From an uncultured Oscillospiraceae bacterium (GTDB lineage: Bacteria; Bacillota; Clostridia; Oscillospirales; Oscillospiraceae), in contig CAZDFB010000002.1 of NCBI GenBank assembly GCA_964504605.1, positions 5,037 to 69,036 of the forward strand: a DNA stretch of 64,000 bases. Direction: 5' to 3'. The position numbers were made by a program, and so were the translations under genes. Shown here piece after piece: positions 12,022 through 21,149 of this stretch; within the stretch, counting starts at the first letter, position 1, and each line of letters begins with the position of its first letter. The notes under the pieces are model-generated. The model was not told the DNA's origin, ran no database searches, and saw only the letters and a program-made list of their open reading frames with translations.

Positions 12022-13857
12022 ATGACTTTTGACGAATTAAAAGATAAGGCTCTTAGTCTTCCTTATGCGCCCGGCGTTTACATCATGCGCAACAGGGAGG
12101 ATAAAGTCATTTATGTGGGTAAGGCAAAAAAGCTGAAAAACCGGGTGAGCCAGTATTTTCAGGATACAGCCTCCCATACGGCAAAGACCAGACAGATGGT
12201 GAGCCACATTCACCATTTTGATGTTATCGTAGCCGCGTCGGAATTTGAGGCGCTGGTGCTGGAGTGCAGCCTGATCAAGCGGTATATGCCGAAATACAAC
12301 ATCCTCCTGAAGGATGACAAAGGCTATCCCTATTTGCGGCTGGATATGCGGGAGATATACCCCGTTATCACCCTGGTAAACCGGATCGCTGACGATAGGG
12401 CGGAGTATTTTGGCCCCTATGGCAGCAGGAGCGTTACCCATGATGTACTGGAGGCTCTGCGGCTGACACTGAAGCTTCCCGGCTGCCATAAGCAGTTCCC
12501 CAGGGACGTGGGCAAGGACAGACCCTGCCTGAATTATCACATGAACCAGTGCGAGGGCTGGTGCCAGAGCACGGTCAGCTCCGTGCTCTACCGGGAGCGG
12601 ATAGAGCAGGCCCGGCAGCTTCTGCTGGGGAATTATAAGGACGTTTCTTCCCAGATCAGGGCCCAGATGCTGCTCCATGCGGAGAATCTGGAATTTGAGC
12701 TGGCGGCGTCCTTGCGGGACAGGCTCAATGCCGTGGAGTCGCTGGGCCAGAAGCAGCTGGTTACTGCCGGAAGCCTGGCAGATACGGATGTGATCGGCTA
12801 CGCAGAGACGGAGACAAAGGCCTGCTTTGCGGTGCTCCATTTCTCCGGCGGTAATCTGCTGGACAAAGAGTATGAAGTATTTTCCGTGCCGGATGACAAA
12901 AATGAGGCCGTATCCAGCCTGATGAAGCAGTTCTATCTCAGCCGGGGCCTTGCGCCGAAATTTGTTATGCTTCCCTTTGCGCTGGAGGACAGTGAGCTTT
13001 TTTCGGAATTTATGGAGCAGCAGTACGGACGGCGGCCCAAGCTGCGGGTTCCGCAGAGGGGTGACAATGTGCGTCTCGTTGAACTGGCAAATAAAAATGC
13101 CAGGGAGGAGGCGGAGCGTGTTACGGATAAGGATGAGCGTGTCAGCGCCACGGTTGCCCTGCTTGGAAAAATGCTGGGCCTGGAGCCGCCGAAACGGATT
13201 GAATCCTTTGATATTTCCAATATTTCCGGCACGGATATTGTGGCAAGCATGGTGGTGTTCCAGGACGGAAAGCCGAGAAAGAGCGATTACAAGCGATTCA
13301 AGGTTGAAGGACTGACGGATCAGGATGACTATGCCTCCATGCGCCAGGTGGTAAAGCGTCGGTTTGTGCACTTCCGGCAGCAGGACAAGGGCTTTGAGGC
13401 GGCACCAGACCTTCTGCTGATCGACGGCGGTATCAACCATGCCAACGTGGCGCTGAGAGCGCTGGAAGAGCTGGAGCTCAGCTTCCCGGTGTTCGGCATG
13501 GTGAAAGATGATCGACACCGTACACGGGCGCTGGTGACCCCGGAGGGACAGGAAATTCGAATTGACAACAATCAGGCGATTTTTTCCCTCATCGGCAACA
13601 TCCAGGAGGAGACCCACCGTTTTGCCATCACCTACCACCGCTCTCTGCGCTCCAAGCGCCTGCGGTATTCTGAGCTGGACAATATTCCCGGCATTGGCCC
13701 CAAGCGCAAGCAGGAGCTGCTGCGGCAGTTTAAATCCCTGACCGCCATTGGTCAGGCAACGTTGCCCGAGCTGGAGCGGCTGCTGCCAAAGGATGCCGCC
13801 GCAGCGGTGTATCATCACTTCCGGGAAAAGGAGAAACTTTCTGATGATACGCTATGA
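12022..13857 (+). CDS. uvrC: Excinuclease ABC subunit C
   Basis: GIY-YIG N-terminus (PGVYIMRN..KVIYVGKAKKLKNRVSQY) and a C-terminal HhH. Start set at MTFDELK because the upstream ATG at 11980 lies inside the terminator stem. Confidence 0.93.
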   Translation: MTFDELKDKALSLPYAPGVYIMRNREDKVIYVGKAKKLKNRVSQYFQDTASHTAKTRQMVSHIHHFDVIVAASEFEALVLECSLIKRYMPKYNILLKDDKGYPYLRLDMREIYPVITLVNRIADDRAEYFGPYGSRSVTHDVLEALRLTLKLPGCHKQFPRDVGKDRPCLNYHMNQCEGWCQSTVSSVLYRERIEQARQLLLGNYKDVSSQIRAQMLLHAENLEFELAASLRDRLNAVESLGQKQLVTAGSLADTDVIGYAETETKACFAVLHFSGGNLLDKEYEVFSVPDDKNEAVSSLMKQFYLSRGLAPKFVMLPFALEDSELFSEFMEQQYGRRPKLRVPQRGDNVRLVELANKNAREEAERVTDKDERVSATVALLGKMLGLEPPKRIESFDISNISGTDIVASMVVFQDGKPRKSDYKRFKVEGLTDQDDYASMRQVVKRRFVHFRQQDKGFEAAPDLLLIDGGINHANVALRALEELELSFPVFGMVKDDRHRTRALVTPEGQEIRIDNNQAIFSLIGNIQEETHRFAITYHRSLRSKRLRYSELDNIPGIGPKRKQELLRQFKSLTAIGQATLPELERLLPKDAAAAVYHHFREKEKLSDDTL

Positions 13858-14305
13858 ATTCCGGCATCTGGACGACGATACCGTGTCTCAGCTCATTGCC
13901 CTTTCTGCCCGATGGGTGGAGGAAGAATGCAGCTATGGGATGGTGGTCAACCAACGGGAAGATTTAAAAGAGCCCCTGGCTGTGGCGCTGGATGGCGACA
14001 AAATCGTCGGCTATTGTTTCGGGGAATTCTACCGGCAACAGCGGAAATCCTCCTGTATTCCCGTGGATGCCAGTTGCTTTTCTGTAGATGAGCTTTACAC
14101 CTTGCCCCAATACCGGGGAATGGGCATAGGCAAGACTCTCTTTCGGATGATAGAGAAGGCTGTAGCCGGGCAATGCGGCTACAGCACCCTGACCACTTCT
14201 ACAAAAAACTACAAAGCCATTCTCCGCCTGTACATTGAGGAACTGGGAATGGACTTTTACAGTGCCTTTTTGATTAAAAAGACAGGAGATACCATATGCG
14301 AGTAA
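13844..14305 (+). CDS. GNAT-family N-acetyltransferase
   Basis: Acetyl-CoA motif ...LPQYRGMGIGKTLF. ATG 13844 overlaps the uvrC end. Confidence 0.7.
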   Translation: MIRYEFRHLDDDTVSQLIALSARWVEEECSYGMVVNQREDLKEPLAVALDGDKIVGYCFGEFYRQQRKSSCIPVDASCFSVDELYTLPQYRGMGIGKTLFRMIEKAVAGQCGYSTLTTSTKNYKAILRLYIEELGMDFYSAFLIKKTGDTICE

Positions 14306-14838
14306 TTTCCGGTAAAGCCCGTGGGGTTCAGCTGAAGACCCCGGAGGGACTCACCACCCGGCCCACCATTGACCGGGTGAAGGAAGCATTGTTCAGCATC
14401 ATTCAGTTTGACATTCCCGGGGCGGCTGTGCTGGATCTGTTCGGCGGAACCGGCCAGCTGGGCATAGAAGCTTTGAGCCGGGGGGCCAAAAGCGCCACCT
14501 TTGTGGACGCGGCAGATAAGCCCTGCGCCCTGATCCGTGAGAATTTGCGCCGCACCAAGCTGGAGAGCCAGGGCCGGGTCCTTCGGGCGGATTACCTGGA
14601 TTATCTGAAGCGCTGCCGGGAAGACTATGACATTATCTTTTTGGACCCGCCCTATGCGGAAGTTTTTCTGGAAAATGCGTTAAAAAAGATAACGGAAATT
14701 GACATTTTGCGATCTGGTGGTATAATAGTCACTGAGCGCCCTCTGGAAAAGGAACTGCCTTGGGAATTTGAAGGCTATCAGCGCTCCAGAGACTATAAAT
14801 ACGGAAAGACTTTGCTCGCAATATACCGCAAGGCGTGA
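14296..14838 (+). CDS. rsmD: 16S rRNA (guanine966-N2)-methyltransferase RsmD
   Basis: SAM motif LDLFGGTG and catalytic FLDPPYA. Conserved rsmD-coaD pairing. Confidence 0.85.
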   Translation: MRVISGKARGVQLKTPEGLTTRPTIDRVKEALFSIIQFDIPGAAVLDLFGGTGQLGIEALSRGAKSATFVDAADKPCALIRENLRRTKLESQGRVLRADYLDYLKRCREDYDIIFLDPPYAEVFLENALKKITEIDILRSGGIIVTERPLEKELPWEFEGYQRSRDYKYGKTLLAIYRKA

Positions 14839-14846
14839 GGAATAGT

Positions 14847-15347
14847 ATGAAAATCGCAATTTATCCGGGCAGCTTTGATCCGGTCACAACGGGACATTTG
14901 AATATTATCCGAAGAGCAGCCAAAATTTTTGACCGGCTGATCGTGTGCGTCATGGTCAACTCCGGAAAAAAGCCCATGTTTACACTGGAGGAGCGGGTCT
15001 CTCTGATCCGAATGGTCACGGAGGATATTCCCAATGTTGAGGTGGACGGTTCCAATATGCTTCTGGCGGAGTACGCGAAAACCGTTGGTGAATGCGTCAT
15101 CGTCAAGGGCCTGAGAGCCGGCTCGGATTTTGAAAACGAATTCCAAATGGCAATGATTAACCGTAACATTAACCCGGATCTGGATACCATGTTTTTGACT
15201 GCTGAGCACCAGTACACCTACCTCAGCTCCAGCATGGTCAAGGAGCTGGGCAGCTACAATGTGGATCTGAAGGACTTCCTGCCGGAAAAAATTATGCCGC
15301 TGGTTCAGGAACGGATTCGCCAAATGCAAGGAGGAGCAGAAAAATGA
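14847..15347 (+). CDS. coaD: Phosphopantetheine adenylyltransferase
   Basis: MKIAIYPGSFDPVTTGHLNII (nucleotidyltransferase T/HxGH motif). Confidence 0.9.
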   Translation: MKIAIYPGSFDPVTTGHLNIIRRAAKIFDRLIVCVMVNSGKKPMFTLEERVSLIRMVTEDIPNVEVDGSNMLLAEYAKTVGECVIVKGLRAGSDFENEFQMAMINRNINPDLDTMFLTAEHQYTYLSSSMVKELGSYNVDLKDFLPEKIMPLVQERIRQMQGGAEK

Positions 15348-15847
15348 GCAACCGCAATATTGAAGATATCATCGGAACCCTGTATGACATGATCCAGGAT
15401 GCCCGTTCCATGCCCCTGGCGGCTGACAAGTGCATTGTCGAGCGGGACCGGGTGCTGGATATGCTGGACGAAATCCTGGCACAGATGCCCGGCGAACTGA
15501 AGCAGTCCCGTACCATCGTGGAGTCCCGCAATGAGCTCATCAGCCAGGCCCGCCGGGAGGCTGAGACCATCGTTCGTCAGGCTCAGGAGCAGGCCAATCA
15601 GATGGTGACCAAGGAAGCAATCTACGCTGAGGCAAAGCGCCGCAGTGAAGAGCTGGTTCAACAGACCCAGAACCGGATCAACCAGATTCAGAAGGCTGGC
15701 TTCAGCTATATGGATGAATCTCTGCGTCAGACAGAGGATGCTATCGCCCAGGCTCTGAACGAGGTTCGGGAGACCCGGATGAAGTTCCGTGGTGTGACGG
15801 AGGCACAGGAGCAGCGCAAGGCCGCCAATGTGGATATTGACGTATAA
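15344..15847 (+). CDS. Coiled-coil protein of unknown function
   Basis: 167 aa, rich in Glu/Gln/Arg heptads, translationally coupled to coaD (ATGA overlap). Confidence 0.5.
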   Translation: MSNRNIEDIIGTLYDMIQDARSMPLAADKCIVERDRVLDMLDEILAQMPGELKQSRTIVESRNELISQARREAETIVRQAQEQANQMVTKEAIYAEAKRRSEELVQQTQNRINQIQKAGFSYMDESLRQTEDAIAQALNEVRETRMKFRGVTEAQEQRKAANVDIDV

Positions 15848-15860
15848 TTGAACAAAAATG

Positions 15861-15897
15861 GGAACCGGGACAGAGCATCTGTCCCGGTTCTTTTTTT
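15861..15897 (+). terminator. Rho-independent terminator
   Basis: GGAACCGGGACAG / CTGTCCCGGTTC stem followed by TTTTTTT. Confidence 0.7.
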
Positions 15898-15937
15898 ATC
15901 CATCGGCACATAGAGTGCATCGAAAGGGGAGGGGACA

Positions 15938-16366
15938 ATGGTAGTGAACCGGAAAGTGACGGGAAAGGCCAGCTCCATGCCGGCGGGGCTGGCTATCGGG
16001 GCGGCTGTAAGCATAGGTGCTACGCTGGCACTGTCTGTTGTGGTCGGGTGGCTGGTGTATGCGGGACAATTGAAGGAGGGACATATAGGCTACTGCGCAA
16101 TGGGAATTCTGCTCCTTTCTTCACTGCTGGGGGCGGTGGTATCAAAGGGAAAAATCAAGAGGCAGTTGTTGGCTGTATGCGGCGCGTCGGGGCTGATCTA
16201 TTATGCCGTTCTTCTGATGACAACGGCTCTGTTCTCTGGCGGCGAGTACAGGGGCATGGGGGTTACCGCCCTTATGGTCCTCTGCGGCTGCGCCATCGGC
16301 GCACTGCCGGGCGTGCGCCGGGGAAGGGGAGTGCGGACCGGAAGAGGCCGAAGAATCAGGCGGTAG
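15938..16366 (+). CDS. Small membrane protein (TIGR04086-like) with an Arg/Gly-rich tail
   Basis: 142 aa with four hydrophobic segments. RBS GGGGAGGGG lies upstream. The family call is from memory only. Confidence 0.5.
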   Translation: MVVNRKVTGKASSMPAGLAIGAAVSIGATLALSVVVGWLVYAGQLKEGHIGYCAMGILLLSSLLGAVVSKGKIKRQLLAVCGASGLIYYAVLLMTTALFSGGEYRGMGVTALMVLCGCAIGALPGVRRGRGVRTGRGRRIRR

Positions 16367-16413
16367 TTAAGTTGTACAATTTTTAGCTGGAGTAAATAAT
16401 ATTTACCACCGGC

Positions 16414-16445
16414 ATTGTGTTTGCAGGAAAACTTGCAAACACAAT
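16414..16445 (+). terminator. Stem-loop in an AT-rich spacer (terminator or operator)
   Basis: ATTGTGTTTGCA / TGCAAACACAAT perfect arms around GGAAAACT. Only a weak T tract follows. Confidence 0.4.
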
Positions 16446-16598
16446 ATTTAGTAAAATCTCGAAACCAAAACCCAAGATATGGAAAAATAATTGAAAATGG
16501 TAAAACAGAATGCACCTATGGTTTCTTGAGTTGACATAATTGTGCTGACATAAATATTTGGCATAATTTACAAAAATACCGTTTTTGGCTAAAAAAGC

Positions 16599-16627
16599 TT
16601 GAAATTGTATAAATTATGGAGTATAGT
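16599..16627 (+). promoter_or_regulatory. Sigma-A-type promoter candidate
   Basis: TTGAAA - 17 nt - TATAGT, upstream of the membrane protein/xerD pair. Confidence 0.35.
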
Positions 16628-16719
16628 ATTGGTGAATCAAAAGCGAGGGTATTATTATGCCCGTGCCATGCTCGCTCCGCAAATTCGGCGTTGTCCGATA
16701 CTTCAGGAGGGATGCTATC

Positions 16720-17235
16720 ATGGCACGGTTTTTACTTCACGATTTTTGCAAATCAGGACGCAAGGGCAGATGCTTCTTTCTTGCGTTGGCCTGGGCAGCA
16801 GGGCTCCTTTCGGGAGTGCTACTGTTTCTTCACGCAGACACTTCTTTTCTTTCTTTGATGCACAGGGTGCGGACGGTTCCTGTGTCGATCGTCGGTCTGG
16901 TGAGTGTGCTTGTCTTTCCCTTTCTTATTTCTGCTTTTTCTGTTTACAGCTCTCTGGACTGGGTGCTTTACCTGGCTGCCCTGGGAAAGGGCTTTGGCTA
17001 TTGTCTTGCTGTTCTTTCCTGCGCGGCAGCTTTTGGAAGCGCCGGCTGGCTGATTTGCCCCCTGCTGCTATTCAGCGATGGCGGCGGTGTGCTTTTCCTG
17101 TGGCTTTACTGGCTGCGTTGTGGCACCGGGGGCGGAGGCTTTTCCACAAAGGTGTGGCTGCTCTGCCTTGGAGGAGCCTGCTTGCTGGGTCTGGTTGATC
17201 TGCTTTTTATCTCGCCTTTTTTGGCGGCATTATAG
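16720..17235 (+). CDS. Polytopic membrane protein, possibly SpoIIM-like
   Basis: 171 aa from MARFLL (RBS AGGAGGG 8 nt upstream) with about 5 TM segments. Its position next to xerD is reminiscent of spoIIM. The family assignment is weak. Confidence 0.45.
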   Translation: MARFLLHDFCKSGRKGRCFFLALAWAAGLLSGVLLFLHADTSFLSLMHRVRTVPVSIVGLVSVLVFPFLISAFSVYSSLDWVLYLAALGKGFGYCLAVLSCAAAFGSAGWLICPLLLFSDGGGVLFLWLYWLRCGTGGGGFSTKVWLLCLGGACLLGLVDLLFISPFLAAL

Positions 17236-17265
17236 ATTTTTGGAAAGGGTTTGGGTCGCTGGTTC

Positions 17266-18153
17266 ATGCTGGACTTAATCAATGCCTACGAAAATTACCT
17301 GACCAAGGTAAAGCAGGCATCTGCCAACACCATCTCTTCCTATATGCGGGATATCCGGCAGTTTGCCGGGTGGCTCCGCGAGCGGGAGGATTTGGATGTG
17401 GTGGATGCGTCCCAATTGAATATCAGTGACTATCTGGCCTATCTCCAGGAGCAGGGAAAATCCGGTGCGACGGTTTCCCGTGTGCTTGCCAGTCTGAAGA
17501 ATTTCTACGGCTATGTGGTTTCCACCGGCTTCCTGGAGGCATCTCCCGTTACGGCCCAGATTCATGTGGAGCGGGGCGAAAAAAAGCTGCCCCAGATCCT
17601 TACCGGCAGAGAGGTGGAACTGTTGCTGGCGCAGCCTGCCTGCGTGGATGCCAAAGGCTTCCGGGATAAGGCTATGCTGGAGCTGATGTATGCCACCGGC
17701 ATCCGTGTCACGGAGCTGATCGAGCTGAACGTGGATGACGTGAATCTGGATCTTGCTACCGTAAAATGCAGCGGGGCCAAGAAAACCAGAGCGATTCCGC
17801 TGTATCCCGCAGCGCTGAATGCATTGAGCCAGTACATACGGGAGGTCCGCCCGGGTATGATTGCTGAGCCCGGTGAAAGGGCACTTTTTGTGAATATCAA
17901 CGGTGTGCGGATGAGCCGCCAGGGCTTCTGGAAAATCCTGAAGCACTATCAGGCCACGGCCCACATCGACAAGGATATCACCCCCCACACCCTGCGGCAC
18001 AGCTTTGCGGTACACCTGCTGGAAAATGGTGCGGATTTAAATTCCGTCCAGGAGCTGATGGGGCACAGCGATATTTCCTCCACCCAGATGTATACCCACA
18101 TGATTAACCAGAAGCTCAAGTCGGTATACGAAAAATGTCATCCAAAAGCATAA
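17266..18153 (+). CDS. xerD: Tyrosine recombinase XerD/XerC
   Basis: Catalytic signature ...ATGIRVTEL..., HTLRHSFAVHLL, GHSDISSTQMYTH. About 295 aa. Start at MLDLINAY. Confidence 0.85.
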   Translation: MLDLINAYENYLTKVKQASANTISSYMRDIRQFAGWLREREDLDVVDASQLNISDYLAYLQEQGKSGATVSRVLASLKNFYGYVVSTGFLEASPVTAQIHVERGEKKLPQILTGREVELLLAQPACVDAKGFRDKAMLELMYATGIRVTELIELNVDDVNLDLATVKCSGAKKTRAIPLYPAALNALSQYIREVRPGMIAEPGERALFVNINGVRMSRQGFWKILKHYQATAHIDKDITPHTLRHSFAVHLLENGADLNSVQELMGHSDISSTQMYTHMINQKLKSVYEKCHPKA

Positions 18154-18154
18154 A

Positions 18155-18193
18155 AAATCTGCCCGGCGTCTTGACGCTCAGGCAGATTTTTTG
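18155..18193 (+). terminator. Rho-independent terminator after xerD
   Basis: ATCTGCC...GGCAGAT stem followed by TTTTTT. Confidence 0.6.
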
Positions 18194-18285
18194 TTGCTCC
18201 GATGGCACGGACCATTGGTTGACAATTGGAGGGCTATCCGCTATAGTATGATTATCCGGAAATCTTATTGAGAGGATGTGGCTAT

Positions 18286-19947
18286 ATGGAACGTTATTGC
18301 AGTAAGTGCGGCGCAAAGCTGCCCGATGAAAGTACCTTCTGCCCCCAGTGCGGCGCGCCCCGAGCATCAGAAGGGCCGGATATCCGCGCAATCCCCCTGA
18401 GCCAGGAGCCTGCGGCAACACCGCAGACGGCTGCGCCCTTGTCTGCGCCCAATGCAGCACCGCCGGTCTGGGCAGAGCCTGCGCCGGAGAAGGGGAGAGG
18501 CCCCCGTAAATTCAAATGGTGGATGGCAGCCATTCCCGCGGTGCTTGTGGTGGCACTGGCGGTACTTTTGCTCTGGGAGCCTCTTTCTATCCGGATCAAT
18601 CCCCTGGGAGCGCTGGCAAAGGCAGCAGCCAATACGGCGGAGTCTCTGGTGGACCGGTATGAAGGAAATCCCATTTCCATGATGGAAAAAGCCTACACCT
18701 CCGATCAAACTGCCGGAGAAGGAACCATTGCCATCCGTGTGCCGGAAAATGGCGAAATCCAGGCAAATATTTCCGTGAATGCCGACCGCAATACCCGGCA
18801 AACGCTGATGGGAATGGGAATGACGCTTAACTATTCCGATTACGGAGTTTCTGTATCCGGGGATCTGGATTTTTATATGGATCCGGACTTTATGGCATTC
18901 AATCTGGAGCAGGCTACCAACGGAACCTTCTATGGCATTGCCTATGATACCTTTGGCAGCGATATTCGCTCCAATCCGCTGCTGACGGATTCGCTGAGCG
19001 AGGAGCAACTGGTTGTCCTGGAGGAGCTGGTCTCCGGCCTGCAGGAGGTACTGAACCGGGAAAATACGGAATTTCAGCTGTCCGAAGAATACTCAGAGCT
19101 GTTTGCGCAGTTCCCGAAGGAGCAGAAGCCCACTGTGTCCACCGAAAAAATCAACCTGGGCGAAAATGTGCGCAGCTGCCATAAGATTTGCTATACGATT
19201 CCGGTTTCCGAGCTTGGGGAGCTTATGGACGCTGTGGTGGACCTGCTGGAAGATGACGAGATGATTCAGGCACTGGACATGGTCAATACACTGGAATATG
19301 ACTGGGAAGTGCTGATTGAAAACGCCCGAAATGCGGTGGATTCTCTCCGGGACTCCGATGGCGATATGACGGTCTGCTACTACATCTACAGGAACCGTTT
19401 GGTCAACCTGAGCGTAAATGCGACCATTTCCGACGACATGGGAGATGAAATGTCGGCTGACATAGCCTTCCTGCTGGGAGAGGACCCTGACCGGAACGAT
19501 CAGGTGCTGAGCATGGATATTATCAATACCGATGATGAGATGCAGCGTATGGAGCTGGTGTTCAGCACCCAAAAGGACGGCAGCACCATCTCTCATGGAC
19601 TGGAGCTCTGCGTCAACGGAGATGACACCGATGAGAGAATCTTTGTATCCTATGAATGGGATCGGGAGGATGGAGATCTGGAGCTGGTGCTTCAGATGGA
19701 CAGCCCCAGCATTTCTTCCCCCCTGAAGGTAAAGCAGAGGATGATCCTGAAAGAGGAAGAGGATGGCTTTCTGCTTGAAATTTCCGATTTCAGCAACATT
19801 CCGGATATGCAGGATATTGATCTGGATGTTTCCTTCTATTTCCACGAGGGCAAGAGCATCAAAGCTCCCAAGTATACCAATATCAAAGATTTGACAACCA
19901 CGGATCTTTACGATATCCTGATGAACATTGAGAATAGCTACGGCTGA
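18286..19947 (+). CDS. Zinc-ribbon / single-TM protein with a large acidic extracytoplasmic domain
   Basis: N-terminal CSKCG...CPQCG zinc ribbon, a Pro/Ala-rich linker, one TM (WWMAAIPAVLVVALAVLLLW), then about 430 aa of Asp/Glu-rich sequence. Confidence 0.55.
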   Translation: MERYCSKCGAKLPDESTFCPQCGAPRASEGPDIRAIPLSQEPAATPQTAAPLSAPNAAPPVWAEPAPEKGRGPRKFKWWMAAIPAVLVVALAVLLLWEPLSIRINPLGALAKAAANTAESLVDRYEGNPISMMEKAYTSDQTAGEGTIAIRVPENGEIQANISVNADRNTRQTLMGMGMTLNYSDYGVSVSGDLDFYMDPDFMAFNLEQATNGTFYGIAYDTFGSDIRSNPLLTDSLSEEQLVVLEELVSGLQEVLNRENTEFQLSEEYSELFAQFPKEQKPTVSTEKINLGENVRSCHKICYTIPVSELGELMDAVVDLLEDDEMIQALDMVNTLEYDWEVLIENARNAVDSLRDSDGDMTVCYYIYRNRLVNLSVNATISDDMGDEMSADIAFLLGEDPDRNDQVLSMDIINTDDEMQRMELVFSTQKDGSTISHGLELCVNGDDTDERIFVSYEWDREDGDLELVLQMDSPSISSPLKVKQRMILKEEEDGFLLEISDFSNIPDMQDIDLDVSFYFHEGKSIKAPKYTNIKDLTTTDLYDILMNIENSYG

Positions 19948-19962
19948 TTTTTTCCGATGCAA

Positions 19963-19995
19963 AACCCCCGGTCTGCTGTAAGCAGGCCGGGGGTT
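19963..19995. terminator. Bidirectional terminator between convergent genes
   Basis: AACCCCCGGTCTGC / GCAGGCCGGGGGTT stem. Confidence 0.6.
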
Positions 19996-20019
19996 CGCGT
20001 ATGTATCCGGGCAGAGAAA

Positions 20020-20991
20020 TTACAGGCCGGTCATGGCTGCCAGAACGTCAACCTCCATTTTCTGGATGCTCTTCTGCATAGCCAGTCCCTCGTCGATATC
20101 CACGTCTGTAAAGTGACCGTCCTTGGTGCAGACAATCCGGTTGTTCTTGCCCTGCAGCAGCAGTTCAACAGCCAGATAGCCCATCTTGGTGGCGTTTACA
20201 CGGTCGCGTCCTGTGGGGGTACCGCCTCGCTGAATATGGCCCAGAACAGTCACCCGGGGATCCAGATCGATGGTCTCCTTGATTCGGGCAGCGATGTCCG
20301 TGGCATGACCGGCACCCTCCGCCACAACAATCATGTAGTGGGTGAAGCCGTTAAAACGGGCCTGGCGAATCTTTTCGATAACATCCCGCTCAAAATCAAT
20401 GGGTTCCTCAGGAACCAGAACCGCGGTGGCACCCACAGCCAGACCAACGTACATAGCCAGGTATCCGGCGTTGCGGCCCATGACCTCCACAACAGAGCAG
20501 CGCTCGTGGGACTGCATAGTATCCCGGAGCTTGTCGATGCATTCAATGGCGGTATTGGCGGCGGTATCGAAGCCGATGCAGTAATTGGTGCAGGAAATGT
20601 CGTTGTCAATGGTTCCGGGAATACCAATCACATTGATACCGTATTTGCTCAGAGCTCTGGCGCCGCGGAAGGTGCCGTCACCGCCGATGGCAATGATGCT
20701 GTCCAGTCCCAGGAATTTGCAGGTGGAGACGGCCTTTCGCTGGCCCTCTTCCGTCATAAATTCCTTGCTGCGTGCGGTATAGAGAATCGTGCCGCCCCGG
20801 TTGATGGTATGGGAGACACTCTTTTCATCCAGTTTCACAATATCACCGGTAATCAGACCGTTCCAGCCCCGGCGGATACCGTAGCATTCCAGACCATGAT
20901 ACAAAGCGGTACGGACAACAGCACGGACGCAGGGATTCATGCCGGGGGCATCGCCACCGGAAGTCAGAACGCCGATTCTTTTCACACTCAT
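20020..20991 (-). CDS. pfkA: ATP-dependent 6-phosphofructokinase
   Basis: TSGGDAPGMN, IGGDGTF, PGTIDND and MGRNAG motifs. 323 aa. Confidence 0.95.
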   Translation of the reverse strand: MSVKRIGVLTSGGDAPGMNPCVRAVVRTALYHGLECYGIRRGWNGLITGDIVKLDEKSVSHTINRGGTILYTARSKEFMTEEGQRKAVSTCKFLGLDSIIAIGGDGTFRGARALSKYGINVIGIPGTIDNDISCTNYCIGFDTAANTAIECIDKLRDTMQSHERCSVVEVMGRNAGYLAMYVGLAVGATAVLVPEEPIDFERDVIEKIRQARFNGFTHYMIVVAEGAGHATDIAARIKETIDLDPRVTVLGHIQRGGTPTGRDRVNATKMGYLAVELLLQGKNNRIVCTKDGHFTDVDIDEGLAMQKSIQKMEVDVLAAMTGL

Positions 20992-21149
20992 ATGATTTCC
21001 TCCTGTAAGGCCATATTATGACATTTCTATTTTACCTTCCGTCAGCGCAAATGTAAAGCCGAAATTTGCTAAAATAAGCTGCATTTGTAAAATTTCCCTT
21101 GACTGTAAAGGGGCTTCATAGTATATGATAAAGAAAAGGAGGCGGTATT

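Noticed and set aside
12037-13818. 593-aa ORF on the - strand. Similar long antisense ORFs occur at 9288-10490, 19957-21021, 38355-39167, 41764-42885, 45198-46460, 56878-58263 and 60417-61223.
   Set aside because: Each lies opposite a confidently identified gene (uvrC, mutS2, pfkA, the MFS gene, ispA, nusB/asp23, lon, clpP) and lacks motifs or RBS.
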